Shown here: in pieces, positions 54,961 to 64,000 of the stretch
Position numbering within the stretch: position 1 is the stretch's first letter
Layout: each line of letters begins with the position of its first letter
Assembly: GCF_006345805.1 (NCBI RefSeq)
Contig: NC_043008.1
Span: 28,520,001-28,584,000 of the forward strand
Direction: 5' to 3'
DNA: 64,000 nt
From: Octopus sinensis
Taxonomy: Eukaryota
The notes under the pieces: model-generated
Databases searched by the model: none
Told to the model about the DNA's origin: nothing
The model's input: the letters and a program-made list of their open reading frames with translations, nothing else
Program-made: the position numbers and the translations under genes

Positions 54961-55388
54961 TAGTCTGTTTTTAGAAAGATCGCTTCGGGAGTTGCATTCT
55001 CTCGCGTTCAGTACAATGTGGTTATTATGATAGTTTTCAGTTTAAGAGTCTCTCCAAGCGTGAGGCATTTATGTATAGTAATGCCCTTAATATAAATAAA
55101 TATATTTATAGGGATTAATTAATAAATTTTTCCTTTATGAGGTTTTCACGCTAGCTACTTGATAAATTCTTATAAAGATTTTATCCTATATTTAAATTGT
55201 AAATTTAACCGGAATATATTCAGTGCTGAATTTTATTCTGAATAAACACGCGTACCGAAATGCAACTCGAAAAGCCAGCCTCGTACTTAGATATATAAGT
55301 GCAAACAATTTCTATGTACTACGTTGGATTCATGTGGTGTTCGTTTTGTATGTTGATTTTTGTTATTTTTATATGTTTTAACTATGCT

Positions 55389-55446
55389 TACACTGATGAG
55401 TAAAAGGTGCATTTTGTGCACTACTTACGAAATCATATGATATGCA
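55389..55446 (+). ncRNA. Type-I hammerhead ribozyme motif with a fully canonical core
   Basis: UACA-CUGAUGA-GUAA(AAG-GUGCA-UUUUG-UGCAC-UAC)UUAC-GAAA-UCAUAUGA-U-A-UGCA. G10.1-C11.1 is present and helix III is the 10-nt palindrome AUCAUAUGAU. Helix I has one A/C mismatch. Predicted cleavage is between 55442 and 55443. Confidence 0.8.
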
Positions 55447-55669
55447 GCTGAGTCTGTTTTTTTGAGGCTCGATTCGAGAATTGCAGTCCCTCACGTTCGG
55501 TATAATGTGGTTATTATGGTAATTTTGACTTTACGAGTCCCTCCTAGCGTGATCCATTTATGTATAGTAATGCCCTTAATAAGAATAAATATATTTATAG
55601 GGAATGATTAAGAAATTTTTCTCTTAGAAGGTTTTTCACGCTTAGTATAATGTCTTATAAAGATTTTAT

Positions 55670-55777
<108 letters not shown>

Positions 55778-56066
55778 GTATGACGCCCCCGTATCATTCC
55801 TGTTTTTATTCGTTACTGTAAATTTTATCTTCGTCTCTTGTTTTCCTGTTCGTCTCGGTTGTCACATTCTTTCCTTCTACCAAGCAAATCTAATGCCCAT
55901 AGCTTAGCTTTTGCCTTGGGGCTGGCCTTTTCGGAGCAAATCTCAGAATTAAACAGCCGAAATTTGCCATGATGAATCGGTTTCTGACTGAAGAATGAAG
56001 GCTCTGAATTACTGTCCGTTTTTCCGTGTTTGTCAATTCGTGAATTTCACGTCCTTTATATATAAG

Positions 56067-56131
<65 letters not shown>

Positions 56132-56160
56132 TGTGTGTTGTGTGTGTGTGTGTATGTATG

Positions 56161-56191
<31 letters not shown>

Positions 56192-56487
56192 ATATATATA
56201 TATATACTAGAAAAGGAAAAAAAACAATAAATTCAACAATAATAAATTCAATTCAATTTAAATATTTTATACGAACAAAGGACACATCTCATAAGCTACA
56301 GCTGTTTTATTTCATTATAAAACGGAGTTATTCCAGAATGATCAAATCCGTTTAAATATGATGATTCATCAGATAGGCATATTTGCTTAAATATTTGACA
56401 GAAAATATAATTTCTTCGGATATTTAAATCCCTTAGATATATTTCACACCTAGAGAAACTGTTACACAAATACACGCGCGCGCGCAA

Positions 56488-56526
<39 letters not shown>

Positions 56527-58639
56527 GGATATGTGTGTTTCTCTCTTTGTGTATCTGTGTGTGTGTGAGAGAAAGCGAGAGTGTATGTGTGTGAGAAAGA
56601 GAGAGTGCGTGTGCGCGTGTGAGAAAGAGAGAGTGTGTGTGTGAGAAAGAGAGAGTGTGTGTGTGTGCGAGTGAGAGTGTGTGTGTACTTAGTGGCTCAT
56701 AATATCCGAGAGTATACCGTGGTACCTGTGTTATGTTCACGATTACGCCCAACAGCATCAATTAGTAATAAACTTACATGACTACTAGGAGTTGTTACTC
56801 ACCCTATAAATTCCACCGATGAGTAAATCCCTCTTCGCTTCGCTGGATGGTAATGTCATCAGGAGTGTATATTTGTAATAATTTTAACGACAGAGAATAT
56901 GGAGCCTGGTACGTCCTGAAATATATTTCTTTTTATTCTACAATGTATGTCACACAATATATTTTTTTAGATACAACGACCTACACAGGTTTCCACTGCA
57001 TTAAGCATGGGCCGTTCGATACGTAACCGGGCATAATTTTCTGTGCAGCTTCCTTTCAAATTTTTCTTTTGAAATAGCCTAAACAAACTTTCAAGGTGTT
57101 CATCGATGGTGTCTTAATAGAGGGCAATTGTCCAAATTTCCACGCATAAGGACTGAATGACTGAACCCGGAAACATGTGGTTAGGATCAGTGCTTTGAAC
57201 ACAGAAGCCTAAAAAATAACTACTTGCATATTTGCGCTTTTGACATGGAAATGTTACAATGCTAAAGGTGTTGATAAATGCAGCCTTGTAAAATTCTTTC
57301 AGCGTGCTCCAATCGGTTGAAACTTCATTGTACGAAAATTCAAGTATGGTTTGGGAGTTAGAATAACTTGCGATCATATAAATATTCATGCCCCGATAAT
57401 GTAAACCACCCGCAAACTAGTCTTCACAATTCATATATGAGGATACTTATATGCGATGATCATATATTTCAAAGTATCTGTTACTATTATCGGAGGGCAC
57501 GTATACGAATGAATTCGTAATTATGGTAATACCTACGACGGTATAGTCGATTTTAAAGATATGTTCACGTATTATTTTAAATAAATATTTACTTCAAATA
57601 TATATTTTCGACTAATACGTAACAAAGGTTCTCTTTCAGTACACTATATCCTATAGTAGTTCACAAGTGTTGTACACATGCGTGAGAGTGCACACTCAAA
57701 CTTGTTTATGCACATAACCATATATAGAAAGCGGATAAACATTCCAGGCTATATAAATCCACATATCTATGCATGTGAATATATAAATGTGTGTGAGTGC
57801 GTATATATATATATGCGTGTGTGTACTTACATCCATATATGTATAGTTTTACATACATATATAACTATATATACACACATATATGTATATATATATATGT
57901 ATACATATATCTATATCTACATCTATATGTATACGTATACACTCACACACACACAGACATATTTATATATATATACATGCATATATATGACAACATTTGA
58001 AATGAAGTCAACGGTTCTTTATTTATATGCAAATAAAAATTTTCTTTCAATTTACCTAAGGAAATTAGATTAAATGCTCCATAAATCCTTTTAACCGCTG
58101 TTGTCTAGTGCATAGGTGTCAATATTTGACTTTCTTTAAACAGGGGGTGGTAAATTTTCTTAGAATCGTCTTCATGACCACCCACCCTATCAAGTAATCC
58201 AGGTCGTACTTCAAATAAAATCTTATCGGTAATGAAATTTAAATGAAAGAAATTTATCTTAAAAAGTTTGGTTCAATTGTATGAGTATGAGTGGCGGTGC
58301 GACTATGCCAGCGCATTAATGTACTTTTAAATATTTCATATATAATAGAACACTACTGCAGTCTCTAATTCATGTTACAATTTATTCTCACGTAGCAGAG
58401 TTGTGGCATGTAAGAAAATGGTTTTACACACATGTATATTGTCATAGAAAGGGAATTCAGTTTGCCTCTAGTTCGGTTCTAGTATGTGATGTTGATAAGT
58501 GACAAAAACGTCGACATATTGATGTACGCCGCTTCTAAATGTGATTTGTGGCTAGTTATCATGTATGTATACGCCAGTCAGGTGATTTTACATCGGGATA
58601 TTCTCGGACTCATCTCTACGTTGCTGACACAATTACATG

Positions 58640-58770
<131 letters not shown>

Positions 58771-59912
58771 CTGGATCATCCTGTAAATAATGCACATCAT
58801 TTAGTTTACAAATTTAAGATCAGCAAAGTTCTCTTTTAATCTAAAATACTCTCTTTCATTTTCTATAGTATTCTTCCATATATCTGGCTGACTTGCAAGG
58901 ACACTCTTCCAAAATTCATTTGTCTTTAACAAAAAATACTCCTCCAGTACTGTTCTGACCTGGTCTACAGAATTCATAATTTTTCGGTCCAAGTCATTTT
59001 GAAGACTGTGGAATAAAAGATAATTAGATGAAGCAACATCTGGCAAATATCGCGGGTGTGGCACCGTTTCAGTTCAAACTGCTTTAGCCTTTGGAACGTC
59101 ATCCTCGTTGTATGTGGTAGACCATTATCCTGATGGGAGAACACTTTCCGTCTTGAAATCAAAGATTGTTGTTTTTCTTCCCGCGCTGACTTAAGCCGCT
59201 CAAGCAGCCCACCGTATATCTCCTTTGGTTTGGGTTTAAAAATTCAATGTGGACAAAACATATCACATCCCACAAACAGATAACAACACATTACGAAGTT
59301 GAAGACGTTCTTTAGTCTGGTGTGCCATTGTTTATTCTTTCCATACCCACTGTCTTCGGCGTTTTGATATTTTAATAGGGAACCCATTTCTCGTCACCTT
59401 TCACTAATCGGTCTAAAAACGCTTTATTGGTGAGACGTGACGGCAAACAAGAGTACACATTCACTTCCTGCGCACAATTAAACAAAGACATTTGTGACAA
59501 ACCGATTGACCCAATTTTCTGACATTTCTGATGGCACGTACTTATTGTTGAATGGTTGACTGACCAAATCCAAGCTTCTCTGCTAGGTCTTCAACAGTTA
59601 TGACTGGATTTTGTTCCACCAGCCTTTACAGGACTTCCTCGTCGAGTTCTACTTATCATCTAGATCGAAGCTAGACTTCTAGCTTATAGTTCCGGATCGG
59701 AATTTCTGAAACCACCGTTGACACTAGCCTATGCCTAATTGTCGTATCCCCATACACTGCATAAATATTTCTCGCATTTTCTGTTGCCTTTATTGAAAAG
59801 ACAAAGTAAAATATGCCAAATGTGGTCTTTTGTCACTTCCATTACACCTTTCATAAAATAACTGTTAAAATCGAAATGTATTTTTGAAAACTTGCACTAA
59901 GAATGACTAAAA
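58771..59912 (-). mobile_element. Decayed mariner transposon
   Basis: The ATG at 59842 gives MEVTKDHIWHILL. Motifs FLDRLVKGDEKWVPY, HQDNGLPHT and MPHPRYLPDVASSNYLLFHSLQNDL. The left end TA-CTGGATCATCC abuts (TA)n and the right TIR is degenerate. Confidence 0.9.
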
Positions 59913-60021
59913 GGTAAAATTACTACCTGCTTTTATAGCAAGTTTATGCAGATAGATTATCTAGCTTCCCTTCGACTTTTAGTTCAGGCAACGGAAAATT
60001 CGCATTATTCATGGCATGACT

Positions 60022-60093
<72 letters not shown>

Positions 60094-60206
60094 GGTGTCT
60101 ACATATCCATATACACACACATATATGTGTGTGTGTGTGCATATATATTATTTATATTATTATTTGATTGAACGCTACGAATCCATTTCCAATTAAGTAT
60201 ATATAC

Positions 60207-60287
<81 letters not shown>

Positions 60288-60302
60288 TATATACATATAT
60301 AT

Positions 60303-60401
<99 letters not shown>

Positions 60402-60418
60402 CGCATAAACATATATGT

Positions 60419-60853
60419 ATACTCATTACTCTTTACTCTTTCACTTGTTTCAGTCGTTTGACTGCGGCCATGCTGGAGCACTGCCTTTAGTCGAGCAAAT
60501 CAACCCCGGGACTTATTCTTTGTAAGCCCAGTACTTATAGGTCTCTTTTGCCGAACCGTTAAGTGACGGGGACGTAAACACACCAGCATCGGTTGTCAAG
60601 CAATGCTAGGGGGACAAATACAGACACAGACACACAAACACAGACACACAAACATATACACACACATACACACACATATATATGCATATATACCACAGGC
60701 TTCTTTCAGTTTCCGTCTACCAAATCCACTCACAAGGAATTGATCGGCCTGAGGCTATAGCAGAGGACACTTGCCCAAGATGCGACGCAGAGGGACTGAA
60801 CCCGGAACCATGTGGTTGGTAAGCAAGCTACTTACCCCACAGCCACTCCTGCG
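60419..60853 (-). mobile_element. Full-length tRNA-headed SINE with a 9-bp target-site duplication
   Basis: Same head, core and tail as 23815-24185. CATATATGT occurs at 60410-60418 and 60854-60862. Confidence 0.92.
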
Positions 60854-61879
60854 CATATATGTTTAAATATGTATAAACGCATGTTTGTATATTTTTTGTA
60901 AATTACAATGTTGTTATGTCATTTGAAACAAATGCAAAAGTGGTCAACTCTGGGTATCTTATACTCAATTTCACGAGCCTAAGCAAACCTTGCAGTATAT
61001 AAACGCCCTTTCAAATCATTCTAGAATAACCCTTGACAGCGTAATTGCAGACATCTCAATAAAAATCTCTAATTTATTAGCTAATTGGGAAATATTTAAT
61101 ATCCACGTTGTTCAGGCTCTAGAATTAAGCAAATTCCGAGAAAAAATATTCATTATCCGTGATACTAAATTGAAAACCAAAATAGCATATCACCTTCCCC
61201 AAAATTAATCTTGGCCATATAGGCATCACCTCCATTTCAAATGAAACAGGCAGACCCATGAAACCACACCATAAGCCATCCGGAATTTATAGTAATTATA
61301 AATCTCCCCTTCGTGTGCAATCGAATGTAACAAAATATTTTAAGACTAGAAAAAGAGAAACCTATGGTACGCACTGCTCTTTTCTTCTCTATGTTGAATC
61401 TTTACCTAAATTATGTTTTTAAAAATTTGAAATAAAACTTTCCGCAGCATTATAGATACAATTTTGTCTTTAACACATCATCAGTCAAATTGTTTTACTC
61501 CACCACACCAAATTTAGAATTTGTATTAGCCTCTATTAATAGATGCAAAATCAAACTTCAGTCTAATACCCTTGTACAGTACCCCATATTAGTAAAAACA
61601 AAATAGCAACAATACAACCAATATGAATAGTAGAACGAAAAGGAAAACCTGTAATTGTCGTGAACCTTAGGCATGCCAACTTTTGTCCGCGTAAAATATG
61701 CATATGTTTTATATATGTTGGCGCTGGTGTTGCTGTAGTTGCTACTTCCAGTTATCTTACTGCTGTGTGCATTGCTAATAGTTTAGATTTTCTATATATG
61801 TTGCTGTTTAAGACGTGCTACATGCTGCAGTTGGCACTGGTATACTTTCGGCTGTTCGCGTCATTCCTGATGCGGTGCT

Positions 61880-62250
61880 GGTCTCGACAGAAGCGATAGT
61901 CTTTCGCCAATACTGTTATCTAGTGGGCTTGTGTTATCACAAATGGGACAATGTAGCTAACTCTAGACAATAGTCATATATAGCTCTGTGTTCTTTGGCA
62001 AATTGATTACATCTGCGATGACTATGTGATCAATTGGGATTAATTGCGCCAAGCCTCGGCCGGACGAATACTGTTTCTGGTATCTCTAGACGTACAAAAT
62101 ATTAGTTTGTCCATCGTGTAGATGAGGATAGACGCAATCACCCAGCAAAAGTTTCTAGTGGCAACGCGACTATCGGTTTTTTGCTGCCTTGCGACCAAGA
62201 CAGACAGGTTTGATGGCCCGCTTTTAGAAAGTATTGTTTCTGGTCTCATC
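61880..62250 (-). pseudogene. Possible decayed C-terminus of an RLE-type (R4/R2-like) non-LTR element
   Basis: Minus-strand VATRNF...IDHIV...HKP remnants occur in the order expected for TRNY..CR.C..ETIDHIV..HxP. The match is weak. Confidence 0.3.
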
Positions 62251-64000
62251 CTATATAGAGACCGTATGTGACGCGCTATTTCTTTTGGTGATATGTTTTG
62301 TTCCCCATGACGGTCTCACTCAGATCTCTATTTTGTGGTGTGCCACCTGTGCTGTATTTTTGCGTTTTCTTGCGTTGATGCATTATTCCATATCGCTGCA
62401 TTATTTATTCAGCATAACAGTTCGTAGTGACATCTTATTATGTAGACTTGTGTCGATAGAAACATGTAATCCCCTATCTGGCGACCTGTGTTAGCGAATA
62501 TACCAATGCTAGATTTACAAATTCGAACGACTTAGTTTATTGACTCTGCTTTAAGTTAGTAGTCGCAGCGGCGGATGTATACGCATTAGTGCTGAAAGGT
62601 CAATTAAGTGTTTTGCTTTTCTCGAGTACGTTCTCAATTTTGAGCTTCGAGGTGGATAAAGGTAAAATTAAATTTAAATTCTTGAGATCAGAGAGAAATT
62701 AAATACGCTGCAAGTAGATTCAAGTAACCAATTACCTTGTTCTGTATAAGAATTCGTCCAAATATATGTATAAAGCAAGAAAATTTCATGATAGCCGTGG
62801 TACTTTGATAAAACCAATGTCGCATATTTAAGAAGCTATTAACTTTATCGTCTCCGAAATAACGAAATTTATAATTGACGCAAAGTTGATTTGAATTTAT
62901 AACTAAAACTGCCCAAAAAAAATAACACCAAGCATTTTTCCCCGACGCTCTATTGATTATGCCACAGAAACATAACCTGCCTGATTTTGAAAAAAACACT
63001 CAATATGATATTATGAATTAATAGTTTCTGGAATTAGATTAAATATTTTGGGATGTCAGCGAGTTTCTGTCGTAACTAGTGAGCAATTGTCGAATCATTT
63101 CCTAATTATAAACAAACGCAAATGTAACAAGAGCACTGAGAGACCGCAAATCTTGGCCAAGTCAACACCAACGTCCTCTCAACTATTAACCGGAGATGAT
63201 TTTTACGAAGAGAATATTTGAAATGAACTAGACTGCTTTCACAAACGTAATCACTAAAAATGAACACCGCTGTTTCAACCGGTTATGATGGAATGTGAAG
63301 GTGGGTGTGCGGACTGTGTTTGTAATGCTTTGTGTGTGTCGTCTGCAGTAGGAACAGTGACAGTTCCCCTATGAAGGCCATTTCCAGTCTATCCACTGAT
63401 ATAGTGTCTTTACGACAATTGAAGTTTATTGTGAAACATTTATCCGTGCATGAAAGAAAGAGGAAAGCAGCGGCATGCAGTGCTGTTGAGAGAAGTTTAG
63501 CAACATCGTTGCGCTCAAAAACGTGAGTCTAAGAAGTAAAGCTTCCTTCATGGCAGAGCTAGAAATGCAATTGTCAAGCAGACGAGCGACATTTTCAAAA
63601 TTGGTGAAACAAAAAATTTCCGAGGATAAATTAAATTTATTATTGTTACTGAATAGGTTAGCGTTATTTAATTTCTGAACGGTTTTGCTACCGTTTACTT
63701 ATGTAGTTTGATTCCTTTATCCATCATGTTCTACTAAGATAGAGACGCAATTAGAATTAATAATAGAGGGACAGTTGGAAACAGCAACGCCATCATAATT
63801 TACATGGAAACCATGAATCAGAGAAAGACTTGAATGTCAACGTAAGATCGAAATACTTCATGTAAAGTAAGGTAAACGTGCCAAATAATCCGGAATCCTT
63901 ATCCGGCACAGAATCGATCATAAAATCTATTCAGTTCGTGCCCATCACGAGGCCAAACATTCCTGGATGTTTCTTTCGAATCTGTCCAGCGGTTCTTGAG

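Noticed and set aside
63480-63530. CUGUUGA-GAG...CUC-AAAA hammerhead-like arrangement
   Set aside because: G12 is missing, position 17 would be G and there is no helix I.

Overview
This is AT-rich eukaryotic DNA, most likely from an octopus (inferred from recalled SINE families and microsatellite load, not from a database search). I recognise no host protein-coding exon, rRNA, intact tRNA or CRISPR array. Most ORFs in the supplied track are microsatellite read-throughs or antisense frames of dead transposons. The window is a mosaic of decayed Tc1/mariner elements (DD34D mariner and maT-like), LINE fragments (CR1-like RT, L1/Tx1 ORF2 end, gag-knuckle ORF1, a tiny RTE end with TSD), about 12 tRNA-headed SINE copies or fragments, and many (TA)n/(CA)n/(ATT)n arrays. 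The most notable signal is absent from the ORF track: about 13 minimal type-I hammerhead ribozyme (HHR) motifs, three with intact cores and the rest variant or degenerate. They sit in short, mostly non-coding repeats resembling Penelope-like element (PLE) pseudo-LTRs or retrozymes. All but the two most decayed have a self-complementary helix III (palindrome lengths 4-10 nt), which implies dimeric folding. Two loci are head-to-tail dimers (periods 486 and 514 nt), and two motifs carry unusual core variants (U3-A8; A6U). Other oddities are a perfect 65-bp palindrome, a 56-bp templated copy of nearby DNA inside a mariner, and exact duplications bounded by (TA)n. All structures were folded by eye and none has been tested.
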